A stretch of 64,000 bases of DNA from Patellaria atrata CBS 101060. Lineage: Eukaryota. The translations under genes were made by a program, and so were the position numbers. The notes under the pieces are model-generated. The model was not told the origin of the DNA and made no database searches. It saw nothing but the letters and a program-made list of their open reading frames with translations. Numbering within the stretch: the first letter of the stretch is position 1; the number at the start of each line of letters is the position of its first letter. The stretch lies in contig MU006090.1 in the NCBI GenBank assembly GCA_010093705.1, positions 558,001-622,000 of the forward strand, given 5' to 3'. This document shows positions 34,501-48,228 of this stretch, in pieces.

Positions 34501-37500
34501 TGATCATGCAAAACGCGATTTTGGGCATTTGTTTCCTCACGTCGAGTTTTAAGCTCCGCAAGTTCACGCTCGTACTGGTTGCGAGTCTCAGCCCAACTGT
34601 CCTCATTCTGAGTCAATGTCGTTTTGGTAGCTTCAGCCTCGGATTTGATTTGTGCCACTTCTGTTCGAAGCTGATTGTAATCCGTGCGAACCTTCTGCAA
34701 AGCTTTGGATGCTTCGGCATGCTGAATGAGCTCATTTTCATAGTTCTGTTGAGCGCGTTGAGCAATCTCTGCCTGGGCCTTTAGATCTTCTCGGTGGAGA
34801 TTTGCCGTTTCTAGGTACCGTTCAGCGTCGTCCTTCAGTCGTTGAACCTCTAGGTCAAAACTTTCTCTTTGCTCGTTCAATTTTGAAGCGCTCTCTTCAT
34901 GTTCAGTCCTGAGTCGTGAAAGTTCCGCATTTGTAGATGCAAGTTCCGATGATATATCCTGAACCCTTCGATCAAGGTCACGAATGTTTGCTTCTTTTTC
35001 CCCAAGAATACGATCCATCTCGTCTCTATAGTTGTCATAAGTCTCATTGAGACTTGCCAGCTCTTCCTCGGAGGAGTGACTAATGGCTTTGTATTGTTCA
35101 ATATCACTCTTTGATGCCTCGAGTTCAGCTTTGGCGAGTTCCAAATCGCGCTTCAGATCTGCGACTTCCAGACCTAATTTCTGTTCCTTACTCAACCCAT
35201 CGGTATCCTCGTTAGCGGTTTGCTCCGCATCCTGTTCGGTAGCTTGACGACGAGGAGTAGGTCGGGGCTGTAAGACCTGCGCACGTTCTTCTGCGTTTCG
35301 GACTTCGATCTTTAGTTCGTCGACACGAGTTTGCAGACTGTCGCGCTGGGTTCTAGCAGCAACGAGTTCTTCCTTGGTATTACTCAGGTTCGTAAGGAGA
35401 TCATCAATCCGCGTACGTGACTGTTCCTGCTCGTATTCTCGGCGAAGAGTCAGGTTCTTACCTTCTTCCTGTTCTTTCTCGAGCTTACGTTGAACAGACT
35501 GCAAATCGGATTCTAATGACTCTACCCGTTGTTGCAGCCTCCGGCGGTTCTCAGATTCTGAAAGTTCCCGCTCATTTTGTAGATTTTGCAAATCAGCAAT
35601 CATCTTGTTGAGTTTGCTCTTTTCCTCCAGAAGTAGTCGATTGTCTTCAGTCAACCGAGCCTCAATCTTCTTCCACAACTCCTTTTCTGCCTTGAGATTA
35701 GCGATTTCATTCCGCATGCTGTCTAGCAGACTTTTGGCTTCTACAAGCTCTTCCGCGATCTGCTGCGTACGTAGGTCATGTTTAGCCGCATTTTCAGCAT
35801 ATGTCTGAGAACGTCTCTGGAGCTCAGCATTTTCGGTCTTGAGCGAAGAGAAGTTCATTTGTAACAGCTCATATCGTTCTTGACTGAGGGTGAGCTGACT
35901 ATTGATCTTGGAGAGTGTACCTTGCAACTCAGACTTTTCTTTAGCAAGCTTGCTCGCTTGTTGTTTGAGTGCAAGATGGTCGGATGTTGTCTCCTGCCGA
36001 TATGCATCGAAATGACTCTGCATGTCTTTCAGTAGCTTTCCATAATCTGCAAGTTCTTTCGACTTAGGAGACTGCTCTCCGGACGGCAATGGCCCGCCAT
36101 TCGGAGTCATGGGACGTCGATCGGTAGAATCTGCGAGCAGAGATCCAGCATCAGAGGCAGGAGGAAGAGTACCACGAGTAGTGAGCATTCGTCGATATGC
36201 ATCGCGCTCACGGATATAACTCTCCGATTGCGTCGACAAGTGTTTGAGCTCTTCACGATGCCGTTCTGCAAGCTCTCTGAGCTCGTGAAGCTCTTGTTGA
36301 TCCCTTGCTTCTTGATTACGTTTAGCTTTCGCTTCTTCACCTTCCATCTGTTCGCCTAATTCTCTTGTAACTCGCAGAAGATTCAAGTTCCGCTCCTGCA
36401 GTTCTGCTACGCTCTTGAAAATAGTCAATCTTTGGCTGATGAAACGGCCGGTATCACTCATGCCTTGCTCCCCTCTTGCTAGCTCCTCGAGAAGTGCTTG
36501 CTCCTCATCAGTTGGTGTACCTAGGCCTTGTTCCTGCGCCTGTAGTTCAACCAACAGCATCTTAACTTGTGCACTGAGGTCACGTAGTTGTTGACGAAGA
36601 ATATCGTTCTCTCGGTTTAAGCCCACCAACTGGCCTTCGGATTTCCTAGCTTCCTTCTTGAATTTATCGCGTTCTTCACGTGCTTCTTCGAGCAACTGGG
36701 ACAGTTCTCTGGCCTCCTCTTGAAACTTGCCGTGCTCAATGCGCAGCTCTTCCATCTCTGGTTGTTTCTCTTCAAGGTCTCTAATCATCTCCTCGATAGA
36801 TTCTGTTAGTTTCTCGTTACGTCGTCGTTCGCTTGCAAGCTCGGATCTGGCCTGAGTATATTCGGCGTAGAGTTGTGTAACGTTCAACCCGCCCTTCGTA
36901 CGAGAAGAACCTGGACTGAATGGTGCCGGCGAGCCACGACTCTGTCCAAAGTTGTCGATACCATTAAGATTTCGTCTTGGCGTCCCGGGAAGAGATCCTT
37001 GAGCTTGGGGTGCTGGAATTGAAATTTCGCCTCTCTCAATCTCGAGTTCAAGTTGTGCAAGTCGTCCCTCAAGATTCTCGCGTTGGTTCTTCTCAGTTTC
37101 TACCTCAGCCTGTAACTGACCAACCTCTGCTGCGGCATCCTCCTTGTTCCTTTCAAGCTCATGTTGAACATCTTGAAGGCGCGCAATTGCGGCATCGGCT
37201 CTCTGGCTCTGGAGGTCAGCAAGTCTGTGAGCACTATCTAGTTCTACCCGAAAAGACTTTTCGGCGTTGGAAGAGTCCTCTTGCAACTGTTGTATTCTGG
37301 ATAGTGCGTCCTCAGTCCTCGCGTTAACTTCATCAATCCGACTACGTAAAGTAGATTCAGTCCGTCGTAGCGATTCAATGGTCTCCGTAGCATCTTCATT
37401 GAGTCGCTGCAGTTCTGCAATCTTAGAAGTCTTCTCTTTCCTGAATTTGGTATACTCTGCAGACTTTGCCTTGAGCTCGGACTCGTGCCATTCATTGTTC

Positions 37501-38172
37501 TTCTTCAGTAGTTCGATCTCCTGTTGCAGCGACTGTTCGCGGAATTTGGTGGCCGAAGCTGCGTTTTCGACACTTTGTAGCTTCTCTTCCAACTTGGTAA
37601 CATCACGACGAAGCGAGACGATTCTTTGCTGTTGACTGTGGAGGTCTTCTTGTAGCTTGTCGTTTGCCGCAGACTTAGAATCTACTAACGCTAATGCATC
37701 TCGATTGGATTCTTCTAGGGTGGATATGCGAGTTTTGAGTAATCCCGTCTCAGATGTTGAGTGGGATGTAGATGACTTGAGCTCTTGCAATTCGGTCTCT
37801 AACGCAGCACGTATATTTCCTAAACGCGTACATGTGAGACAATTGACATGATAGAGATCTAGACGGCTGTTTAGTCGCACCTTCTTCGTCGAGTTTCTTC
37901 TTCAGGATCTCTACTTCCTTCATCGACTTTTCCACCGATGACCTGAGCATGCGCGCACGGGCATCTCCCGTCCTAACTGCATTTTCCAGCTCAACATCAG
38001 AGCGTAATTTTTCTGACTTAAGCTCATCATAATCTCGAGCTTTATTTTCAAGCTGCACCAATAATGACTTTACTAATTCTGTGACGGCGTCGGTATCGAG
38101 GAGGGTTTGAATAGTGGATTCTGGTACGTCGTAAGAGGTGGAGATGTACACAGTATCCACGGCAGATGCCAT
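31528..38172 (-). CDS. MLP1: Nuclear basket coiled-coil protein Mlp1/TPR
   Basis: About 2100 aa coiled coil starting MASAVD (ATG 38172). Motifs ELLKKNNEW, ISQRLTIFKSVAELQERN, AQQNYENELIQHA, VIRYLRREKEI, INELNLYRESSTTLR and WQQRNRNILQKYDRVDP. Introns near 37820-37880 and 33340-33390. Confidence 0.92.
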
Positions 38173-38771
38173 GGCTGAAGCTTCGTTTGAAAGCTTCCCG
38201 TCGTTTGTAGGGTAGGTCCAGCTACGGCATGATTTGAAGAGGAACAAAAGAAGGTAAGGTAAGTCAAGGAGGGAAGAGAAAAAGTGGAAGGAAGTTATCC
38301 GGTCAACAAAGGACCGTCGCGAAAGTTGTAAAGGCAGGAAGCAATGACCATGCGGCTCAACTGAAAGATGCACGGAAACGGCCAAGGGGCCAAGACCACA
38401 AGGGCCGCGGTCACGTTGATTGAACTAAAGCGCCGTGGAAAATGCCGACAATCTGCATCACCACCGATGTCTATTGCCAACCCCGTTACAATAATTCTTT
38501 ATTGTTTCACTTTACTCCTCAACTTGTGTTCGTTCTCCATGACTCTATCATGACAACCAGTGATAGTATTATGGCGTTTCATTCATGGGTCTCTGATTGA
38601 GTTCCCTGATTGCGACAGCTCGGCTCCGGTCTTTCAAAGGCTTCTTCTCCAGGCGCAGTTCAAATCCCCATCTCACTCACTTCCATATTAATCCCTCCTC
38701 AAAGATTCAGGACTTTCCCCTCTTGTTTACCCGCTTCTTCAGGAACCAAACGCTTCGAACGCATAATCATC

Positions 38772-39614
38772 ATGTCGTCCTTCAATTCGGCCACGTCCTC
38801 ACCCATGCCCAAAGCAAACAGGTTAAACGCCCCCTCCCAACCCACTTCCGCACCCTCGCCAACACCATCAAACTCCTCAAACATGGGCGGTACGAAGCGG
38901 AAAAGGCCTGATATCAATATCACCTATTCACAGCCCATGTTAACCGGCACTGGCGAGTCGCTACTGAGCAAAGTGCATTATGCGCTCCGCTATCTACAAG
39001 ACAAAGGCACATGGCTGTCATTTCAGGAGATACTAAATTACTGCTTTGCTAACGGTGAAATAACCGATAATGTCCGCCACGCATTCAAGAGAGTTATCAC
39101 CTCACACGATCGGGTTGAGTACGATCCCGCAGCGAACAAAGGGAAGGGTGCGTATCGATTCAAGCCTAAACACAATGTTCGGAACGCGGATGAACTCAGG
39201 GCATACTTGCAGAAGCGACCAAATGCGCAGGGCATATCGGTCAAAGAGTTGAAGGAGGGCTGGCCGGATGCTGTGAAGTCAATCGACCTACTTGAAAAAC
39301 GTGGAGAGTTATTGGTCACCCGGATGAAGAAAGACAATGCACCGAAAATGGTCTGGCAGAATGATCCGACGCTCACCTACAATATTGAACCCGAGTTCAA
39401 AAATGCCTGGCACTCTATCCAACTCCCTGCGAACATGGATGAGCTGAGAAGTAAGCTTGAAGCTGCGGGGTTGAAACCGACAAGTGCATCAAAGGATCCC
39501 AACGCAGTGGTGAAGCCGAAGGAAAAGAAAAGGAAAACAACAAGAAAGTCTGGGAAGCAGACCAACGTGCATATGGTTGGGATTTTACGAGACTATTCGC
39601 ACAAGAGGAAATAG
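38772..39614 (+). CDS. TFA2: Transcription initiation factor IIE beta subunit
   Basis: YSQP, YALRYL, YRFKPKHNVRNADEL..LQ..GISVKELKEGWPD, MVWQND, FKNAWHSIQLP, KQTNVHM..ILRDYS. Confidence 0.93.
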   Translation: MSSFNSATSSPMPKANRLNAPSQPTSAPSPTPSNSSNMGGTKRKRPDINITYSQPMLTGTGESLLSKVHYALRYLQDKGTWLSFQEILNYCFANGEITDNVRHAFKRVITSHDRVEYDPAANKGKGAYRFKPKHNVRNADELRAYLQKRPNAQGISVKELKEGWPDAVKSIDLLEKRGELLVTRMKKDNAPKMVWQNDPTLTYNIEPEFKNAWHSIQLPANMDELRSKLEAAGLKPTSASKDPNAVVKPKEKKRKTTRKSGKQTNVHMVGILRDYSHKRK

Positions 39615-40067
39615 ATCAAAATTCGTGTTTTGGTTTACTACCCTCTCTCTACCTATAGCTCAGTCTGTGGGCTATGTTCACATGAAGCATAATGTTTCAG
39701 ACACAGACACGGGCTTTTGCATGGCCAGACTTATGCTGTTCATTTTCATTGGCGTTGGTTGGTACATATGCATTCGGGTTAGAAGCAAATAGCTTCAACC
39801 TGCAACATAGCAAATACTAACAGAATGATACCCAGAGATAGAAATTATACTGATTCCATTTCTTTCATATTTTGATTGAGACAAATGTTTGGCCAAGCAG
39901 ATAAGCAGATGAGAGACATCGAGTATTCTGATTCGCTGACGTACGTAGTATACTAAACTCCGTACATCTGATGCAACATCTAGTTTTTGTATCTTCCACC
40001 TCAAAAGCTAACCATTTCCCGCCTTAATCTTCCAATATATCTCGTCTCTTCTTCTCGATCATCCTGA

Positions 40068-41807
40068 ATGCACACAAAACAGCAGCTCTCATCCCATATT
40101 TGCCTCCGCTGTCTTCGCTCCAGACACCGCGTCCCGGCGATCCAACCCCACCGCAAACGACACCTCTCAACCTCGCCACCTCTTCACTCTCCCCGTAACG
40201 AAGCAGCACAACATGGCGCCCCAACACCTTCCAATGTTTCAAAAGAAGAAGAAGGCGCAATGTCAAGACGGCTATCTGAATTGACGGACGAAGTCTTCGA
40301 ATCCAGCGGTAGCCGCGCCTCCAAGACCATCTCAGAAGCCGGCTTCGACGAAGACCTCCGTAAACAACTGGAAGAGCGTATAGCCTCTGCCGATTTCAAA
40401 AATAAGTATGCGAATCAGTTAGCACAAATGGATTTGCCATCGAGTGCCGGGCGAGGGACAAGAGATATTGCGGGCGCAGCAGCGTGGACGGGGACTGAGT
40501 CTACAGAAGATGCAGCGTTGCGCATGCTTACGGATGCACACAAGCCCCTACGCGGCGCACCAAGCGCTTCATCAGTTCGAGGACCACCAGTGCGTATTGA
40601 CACGGGACGAGCTCGCTCCAAACCGTCTATGGGTACGAGACTGGCGAATGCGAGAGACAGGACGTCAATATATGCAATCCTAAAGGATAACGAAATGACC
40701 AAAGAAGAGCGCGAGGCCTACACGCGCGAGATGAAAGAGCGCTTTCAACCTCACGCTCGCGCCGTACCAGCTACGATCCAAGGCCTCGCATCCCTAGCCA
40801 ACGAGCGTATCGAAGACGCCATCGCACGAGGACAGTTCAAGAATCTCCCGCGCGGTAAGAGGATCGAGCGTGACTATAACGCTTCTAGTCCTTTCATTGA
40901 TACGACGGAGTACCTTCTCAATAAAATCATCCAGAAGCAAGATATCGTACCACCCTGGATCGAGAAACAGCAGGAACTTGCTAGTGCGGCAAATAAGTTC
41001 CGTGGCCGGCTCAGGAATGACTGGAAGAGACATGCGGCAAGGATGATCGCGAGTGAGGGCGGGACGCTGCAGGATCAAGTACAACGTGCGGAAGCATATG
41101 CTGCGGCCGAAGCCATGGAGAACCCACCCAAGAGAAACGAGGAGACAATCCATGCGGTGGATGAAAAGGGGCACATGTCACAAATCACGCTTTCGGGAGA
41201 GCTGAAAGCCGCAATCGCGGCATCGGAAGAGACGCCCGAAGGAACCACACCCACGGGAACGGAAACAACGCCCGACTCAGCCGCATCTCCCGAGATTACG
41301 ATCACGGAGACCCCGATATCGCAGTCTAGGACCCCTGACCCGACCTCCTCAACTTACACTACAGTATCTCTCTCTCCTGCTAGCTCTTCAAATCCCCCGT
41401 CCCCATCATCATCACCATCACCATCACCCTCCTCCCCAACACTTCCCTCACCCTTCCGTGATTCTTCATGGCTAGCAACTGAATCCTCCTATCACACCCT
41501 CGCAATCAACAACCTCAACAATCTCACCCGAACCTATAATCTAATGGCCCCTGACTTGGCCAAGAAGCCTTACTACGACTTACAGCGCGAGTTACGCTCC
41601 TGTTATGCTGACATTGCTCCCCAACTCCCGGGAGCGATCTTGGAGCGGGCAACCAGACCAAAGCGCAAAGTTAAAGTCATCGGTCATCGCGAAGGTAGCA
41701 TCTTGGAAAGGTTTAGCACGGAGCAAAAGGGACGCGTGTATGATGAGAAGACGGAGAAGAGGTATGGGTTCAAGGAATTTTGGAAAGATTTGTTTGGAGG
41801 GTGTTAG
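40068..41807 (+). CDS. DUF1992 / DNAJC28 conserved-domain protein, probable mitochondrial presequence
   Basis: LANERIEDAIARGQFKNLPRGK...NKIIQKQDIVPPWIEKQ and INNLNNLTRTYNLMAP; Arg/Ser/Leu-rich N-terminus. Confidence 0.85.
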   Translation: MHTKQQLSSHICLRCLRSRHRVPAIQPHRKRHLSTSPPLHSPRNEAAQHGAPTPSNVSKEEEGAMSRRLSELTDEVFESSGSRASKTISEAGFDEDLRKQLEERIASADFKNKYANQLAQMDLPSSAGRGTRDIAGAAAWTGTESTEDAALRMLTDAHKPLRGAPSASSVRGPPVRIDTGRARSKPSMGTRLANARDRTSIYAILKDNEMTKEEREAYTREMKERFQPHARAVPATIQGLASLANERIEDAIARGQFKNLPRGKRIERDYNASSPFIDTTEYLLNKIIQKQDIVPPWIEKQQELASAANKFRGRLRNDWKRHAARMIASEGGTLQDQVQRAEAYAAAEAMENPPKRNEETIHAVDEKGHMSQITLSGELKAAIAASEETPEGTTPTGTETTPDSAASPEITITETPISQSRTPDPTSSTYTTVSLSPASSSNPPSPSSSPSPSPSSPTLPSPFRDSSWLATESSYHTLAINNLNNLTRTYNLMAPDLAKKPYYDLQRELRSCYADIAPQLPGAILERATRPKRKVKVIGHREGSILERFSTEQKGRVYDEKTEKRYGFKEFWKDLFGGC

Positions 41808-43801
41808 GTTGAAGAAAGGCTTTTGTATACTAAGTTACTCTGATACGGGCTCAACGTTCTATATTCTCTATACTCTACACCTTTAATACATGATTCACCT
41901 TCATACACAACACAATCTATAGACACTTTATGTCTTCTTTATTTTAACAACTTTCATACACACTCTCTCCCTCCCGGCCCCTCCCGCCACTTTCTACTAC
42001 TCTACTCCCTATAACTCCTCATCTCTACTTCAAAGTCCCATCCTACACTTCAGCTTATTCCCCTATTCCGAATCCTCTTCCACAAGCCAAACTCCCAAAC
42101 GAATCTCTACGGACCATCCCCGAGAAACTCAGGTTCAAGTTCACGAAGAGCGTACACTACAAAATCCCCACAACCACACAAATCCCAAAAGAACGCTTAA
42201 TACTCCGATCAGCACCCCCCTCAACATGGGTCAAGGATATGTATATATACCATACGCAAACCCACTAGAAACCCTTTCAAGTAGTCGTCCGAAGCTTGTA
42301 GCTCCGGCAAACCCACCCCGCTTTCCTCCTTCCTCCTTCCAACTCCCAATTTCCAATTCCCCCTGTAGAAGAGGATGGATGTACTATACGATAAACTTAT
42401 CTATCACACGAGAGCGGGTATAGTGTGTATTCCATCTTAACTAGACCACAGTCCTCATACCCCACCAATGCCGTACATACGTACACTACAACATCCACAT
42501 CCATACCTTATCCCACACCATACCCCACACGCAAATTCCACAAACCCAAAACTCAACCCCGTGACAGCAGCCTGAAATCCCCGCCTCCATGCCCTCGTTC
42601 TTGTTTACAGCCATGTTGCATGGTGATGCTTCCGTAGCCAGACGTCACTTCATCACGTACCATTCGCACTAAGACAATTCCAATTGCTAAGAGAAGGGGA
42701 ATAGACAATAGCCCCCGCCGCAGTGCCATTAACACGCATCAATTTCACAATTTTGTGTTCCTCGTCACAGCGCATGAACATCAGACCTGCATGATCGGAG
42801 TGCAGCCCGGCGGGATGGGGGGGATGGGGTAATTTAAATCAAGATGCTGCAGTAAAGCGGAGAAGACTGTGCGTGTGAGGTCCTGCAATATGGTGGAGAG
42901 AGGAACCCGGGGAACGGCATATGTGGCCTTGCATGGAGTGCTTCATGCCCGATGCAGAACAGTTCTGTTTTGTGCGGTTGAGATTGGTGGGTATAATTTT
43001 GGGGGAGGGTTGGTTTATGGTTGGGTCTATAACTGGGTCTATGGCAGCATCTTGATATAGGGATTGGTCGATGGTGAAAATTCTCTCCGACGAGAAATTG
43101 GCAAGAAAGGAGCTTCATGGGTGTTGTTCTCTTACCGGTCTTGTGGGTCAGGTGGAGTTGCAAATCCGCGTGGCAGAACATTTGTTTTTGTCTGTTCTGA
43201 TGTATGTGGCACGGTCGAGTTAGGGAAGGTGTAAACGAACGACCGTGACGCTCGTATTTGGATGCAGGAGGACAACTGACATGGAAGAGCGAATGTGGGA
43301 CTCTGTTTCATTGTTTGTTTTGATGGACTGTATGTGTGAGTCTTGTATGTCCACACAGACGGGTAAGTGACAATGGGACGTCCGGAAATAGCTTTGTGCA
43401 TATGTGGAGTGATATGGGACAAAGGATACGTTCATGCGAGTAGGGATCTGTATGCAGGATGAACGATGCGTGAGTGGTTACATGATCGTGTCCTCGATTG
43501 GTTAAGAAAAGGAAAGGGTTAGAAAGTGATAGGTCAATATTCGACTTGAGTTAAACGCTACTAATATATCAGTTTTGTGACTGTAAGGAACAGCGGACGA
43601 AGATAGATAGGTTACTGCGGATATTTGATGAGTCATAAACATACGACAAAGCTGCTCCCTGATACCCTAGTGCTTTGATTGCGTATTGACGTTAATGGAA
43701 TGATAGTTCCATTGCTACCTGATAAAATCCATTAGAGGAGTATCCTTTCAAGGCATCAATTCCGCATGAATGTAGATAATAATCAAAATTCTGCGAGTGC
43801 C

Positions 43802-45274
43802 CTAATCGTCAATCGGTTGGCAAAATATTTTTCTCAGCACTTTTCCCATGGTCATGCGACTTCTCCTGTCAACCCCCTTTTCCGGTTGTCCCCCTCTCTT
43901 ATCCTCTCTGCACGCCCGTCTTAAAACGACGTCCTCAGTCTTCAATGACAACATCTGTAATCCTTTCCAAGTATCCGTACCCGGTGGTAGTGGAAATAGT
44001 GGTAGAGGTAGTGAATTCGGTCGTCTGACGGGGTACCTTGGTTGTACAGGGAAGATAGCTAAAGGGTCAGAACGACACCTGAACCGCTGTTTCTCGCTCT
44101 GTGACGCGTACCCTGAGTCTCCAGAGAGCTCCCTATTTGTCGTCTTCGTCGGTAATGGCGTATCTCGAGTTGGAGATCTGCTCCTCGTTCTAGAGAGACG
44201 ATGCGAGCGTTCTCTCACGCGTGGCTGATTCGGAGGTGATCGAGGGGCGGGGATATATTCGGTGCAGGTTATGATACCATTTGCAGCAGCGATAGGCAAA
44301 AGGGCCTCGAGAGCTGGTGAGTTAACTGTATGGATGCGTAGCTCAGCCTGCGTTAGGGTAGGAGGATGATACTTTGGTAGACTTGGCAACGCTCCTTGCG
44401 AAGACACATTGGATGGAACACGGATTCTCGGTCCACCCAGCGTGGTCCTAACTGTAGACACGGCTGAGGTGTATAGCGCAGAGTTGTAAGATCCCCAGCT
44501 GCTCACCCTGCTTCCACTGTATTCGGATGGCGCATCGGAGCGATAGATAGGGATGCCATCCTGCGTATAACGAGTCGAGTCTTCCCTGCTCCGCCTAGAT
44601 GTGGGGGCAGACAAGAAGGGGTGGGATTTGTCTGACCTCAGAGACGCAGCTGAGGAGCTTGTAACGCGTTGGGCATGCACGACGGGCACGGGTGATCTCT
44701 CAACCTCGTTTATCTCCGAGCTCTCACCCATGTGCTGGTTTCGGAGGACGCCTTCTTCCATACGTGCTGGTGTGAGTGATGTTTCTTGGCTCTGATTTGC
44801 CGAGGGAGTCACATAAACGCGCACATGGGGGTTAGCTATTGGTGTGATACGGCGCTGGTTGGATGATGCCTTAGATGCAAGGGTTGCGGAGGATGTCTGC
44901 TCGATGATGGTCGCCAGACGCATGCCGTGTGGTCGGGTCCTCACCACCATAGAGTCAAACCTGCCGTGTGCGGTTTCCACCGTATTCTCGTAGTCACCCT
45001 CGGATTGGTCTTCAATGCCATACTCCATCTCTTCAATCACCTGACTGTAACCCTCGAGGTCCTCTGATGACGGCTCGTCTGTAGGTATTGTTGTAGTCTC
45101 ATGATCATATGATGGTGCCGCTAAGATGGTCAGCTTCCCATCTTCGTGTCGTTCTTGTGATGTGGTTGAATTGTTGCCAAAAGTTGCGTGTGGTGGCTTG
45201 TATAGTTCTAGCTCCCGCGAAAGTTGACGGTTACTCTGATCTGTAAGTGCCCCTGTCATTGAGAATGTTGTCAT
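43802..45274 (-). CDS. Hypothetical Ser/Arg/Pro-rich protein
   Basis: 490-codon ATG-initiated intronless ORF with no recognisable domain. Confidence 0.55.
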   Translation of the reverse strand: MTTFSMTGALTDQSNRQLSRELELYKPPHATFGNNSTTSQERHEDGKLTILAAPSYDHETTTIPTDEPSSEDLEGYSQVIEEMEYGIEDQSEGDYENTVETAHGRFDSMVVRTRPHGMRLATIIEQTSSATLASKASSNQRRITPIANPHVRVYVTPSANQSQETSLTPARMEEGVLRNQHMGESSEINEVERSPVPVVHAQRVTSSSAASLRSDKSHPFLSAPTSRRSREDSTRYTQDGIPIYRSDAPSEYSGSRVSSWGSYNSALYTSAVSTVRTTLGGPRIRVPSNVSSQGALPSLPKYHPPTLTQAELRIHTVNSPALEALLPIAAANGIITCTEYIPAPRSPPNQPRVRERSHRLSRTRSRSPTRDTPLPTKTTNRELSGDSGYASQSEKQRFRCRSDPLAIFPVQPRYPVRRPNSLPLPLFPLPPGTDTWKGLQMLSLKTEDVVLRRACREDKRGGQPEKGVDRRSRMTMGKVLRKIFCQPIDD

Positions 45275-46943
45275 ATCAGCTATTACCCCTTAGTTACAAT
45301 AATATACCGTATGATAAAGGGTGCTAGTCTAAATGTAAGCGTCAAGTATTCTCGTATGTTCAGGTTGAAGAGATTTCCCGTCGGCTTGGTTAGTAAACAA
45401 ACCCACAACCTTCCACTGCACAGGAGCAACCTTCCAGAAGACCATGTGATGAATGAGCAGGAAGATCTGTTCCTGCCAATTTAATCTCACGGATTATAGT
45501 GCAGAGTACAGTAGGAATCAGGCTTCGTGCGCTGTCGAAAGCCCCTGCTGGTTGAACAACTGCCGCAATCCAAAACAGTCAACCCCACGAGCTTAAACTT
45601 TCGACTCGCATCAGCAACATCATCTAGAAGGGGAGCAACATGCAATTGCTACAATTCCATTGACTGGAGATATCCCAGTTTAGTTCATTAATGGGAAAAA
45701 TGCGTGATAGCGTTTCTCGTAATTCAGTCATACGAGGAAAGCTTAAAGAAAATCCCCTTAATACGCATGTTAGCCGCATGAAGAGGAGATTTCACCATCT
45801 AGTTTCGGCCAGATAGAGTAAAGATAGGCACGAAAATGAGTTATAGAAGTTCTCGATTTGATAAACTTCAGTTCTGAAGAAGTGTCTCTAAGATCCATAC
45901 CATGCTGAATCAAGATGCATGGACCACTTTGGGACAAGTATGGATGTAGATATCTCGACTCCAGAAACAACGTTTGATTATCCATCAACGACCCTGTAGA
46001 CGGGTTTGCAATCGTCTTGCGTTCTTCCACGAGTTCGCAGCACCAAATCCGCGCCACGTGGAAGAATAACGCCGCAACAGTCTCCAAAGCCATAGCTCTG
46101 GTCCTCCAGGGCCATGGTTCAACTAGAATTTGACAATTTTGGCTGCTATTCCTAGGAGTTTGGCGCACTACTTTTCCGTGATATGGGGCATGGCTGCTGC
46201 AAGAAAGCAGTTAATTTAAGCCTTTTACAGCTAGAGAGAGTAGTATGCATCCGCAAACTAGTAGTGCAGCCTGAGAGTGGTGATAAAAACATTAAAATCG
46301 ATATTCTGGACTTCGCTTCTTATCCCTGGGTTGGATATTAAGGTTGTGGTGTCATGTAAACATGCCACGCGTCGTCCGACCTAGAATTTATAGGACGACT
46401 TGTCAGGTTGATGGTGAGACTGTCAAAAAGTCCGTCCAATCGTACTCCATAATGCCGCCGGGGAGAGCAAATCTAGCTTTATAGTGGAAAATTTACTAAA
46501 ATTGGTGTATCTTGCACGGCATGTTGGGCCTCAAAGAGAGCAGTATGAAATGAATTGAACCATCGTTACGCACGTGGAGATTTCTCTTCGCTGGTGGATA
46601 ATTCGGTAGGGTCGAGAACGAAAGATGGTGGTCCATTCAACGCCTCCAGAATCAAAGTGCCTGTCGGATAGCAACAATGATATTACTCCCAGCTTTAAGG
46701 GCAGCCAGGCAGCTCTTCCCCGTGCGACGGTTGCAGGACCGCAGAACTAGAGCTATCTGTGCATCAAGATCAGGAGTGTGAGTGGTGAGATACCTGAAGA
46801 TGTGCGTAGCTCGGGCACCTAATAGGCACGCACGGCACGATCCTCTCCTTGCGAGATCGATCTGGCATTCGGCGATCTGTTCCGGACCGCACCCGCACGG
46901 AGCGATAGAACTACGATAGACGCGATTGAGTTAAGCCTCGCTG

Positions 46944-48228
46944 TCATTCGCTAGTAGTGCGCTTGGCTGCGACTCTGTGGCTTGTCCCAATAGAACCACC
47001 CATCGTCGATTGAGACGTTGCCATATTCTTTCTGGTGCTGCCAAATGAACCGTAATACCGTATATCTGCTACTCTGCTCCTACGCACGCTCCACTCCCTA
47101 TGGCCGGCAAAACTTTGCCATGTTCTATTCCATGAACTTGATTTTATGCTTACGCGGTGTAAATAACGTTCCGAAAAAGCCCTGGAGCATGTGCCTTGAA
47201 TTCTGTGTTGCGTGAGAGCGGTAGCCACGGGCCCGAATTTCTGCAATGCGGGCCCAGTACGCACATCCTCCTACCCGAATGCGGATATACTTCCGCAGAT
47301 CAGTGCTATATCCAGTTGGATGTGCCAGCATACAAATATCCTTTTCCTTTGGGAGTTGGGCGTTGACTGAATCAATTTTGTAGTCATGGCATTTCCAATC
47401 CTCCGGCATGGATGATCAGAGAATTGTAAACGCACGAGCCCTCTTGTGTTTGGCATCTTCCCCAAATCAGGCAGCTTGTCGTCGTGAGATGGGTATGACA
47501 CTGAGCAAAAGAGACACCTGTGACCGAGCCGCTTCTTGCAATGGCGAATTCTTGCTGCAGGGTGAGCATCAGGATATGTCAGTCCACTGCCCATATGCAA
47601 GTGGCTCTCATGCAGCGACAATGAGATCTCTCTCCCTTGGAATGCCTCATCCCAGATCTCCCCCCCATGCTAGTAATTGAGATTCGGTCGCTTAACCCTG
47701 AGAAGTCCCAACCATTTACGCTGATAGACGTGTAACCGCTGATGAAAAACTCTCTCTAAGGGGCTCAGGTTGGCGCTCTCTCTTGATACAGTCGGCGGAA
47801 CGAAAACTCGGCGGCCTAACAGATTGCTGGACCACCCTTTTACTGCATCAGCCAATTTGGAATACCGGGAACCTGGGTCGGCGGATTTCAGAGCTAGCCA
47901 GTCACGCATATTACCACCTTAATGTTCGTATCTCGGCGATCTCAATGGTATCTTTTCCAGAGAAGGAGGAGAGCAGTGTATTGGTTGAGTAGTACCAATT
48001 CAATGGTGATAGGACCATATCGTTCGGAAAATGACTTGATGCGCATTCGTCGAAGAGGACACCAAGTGTTTCTTGCCTGCTGCAGGAGCCAAGTCCTCCC
48101 TCTGTGGCCGATGAAGTGTGCCAGCATGGCGGACTGTGAGGGGCGGCATGGGACAGTATAGCATCCCGATCGATCAACCACCAGTAATAGTATCCTTTAA
48201 AGAATTTTACTACGGGTGGGGTGTCCAT
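46944..48228 (-). pseudogene. Possible degraded coding sequence of unknown family
   Basis: Protein-like start MDTPPVVKFFKGYYYWWLIDRD...LSPLNWYYS..TLRW*, followed by short fragments in shifting frames (e.g. IRIRVGGCAYWARIAEIRARGY). No family recognised. Confidence 0.35.

Noticed and set aside
42050..43440. Possible small multi-exon or degraded gene on the minus strand
   Set aside because: Some protein-like fragments, but I could not build a consistent exon chain or recognise a motif.
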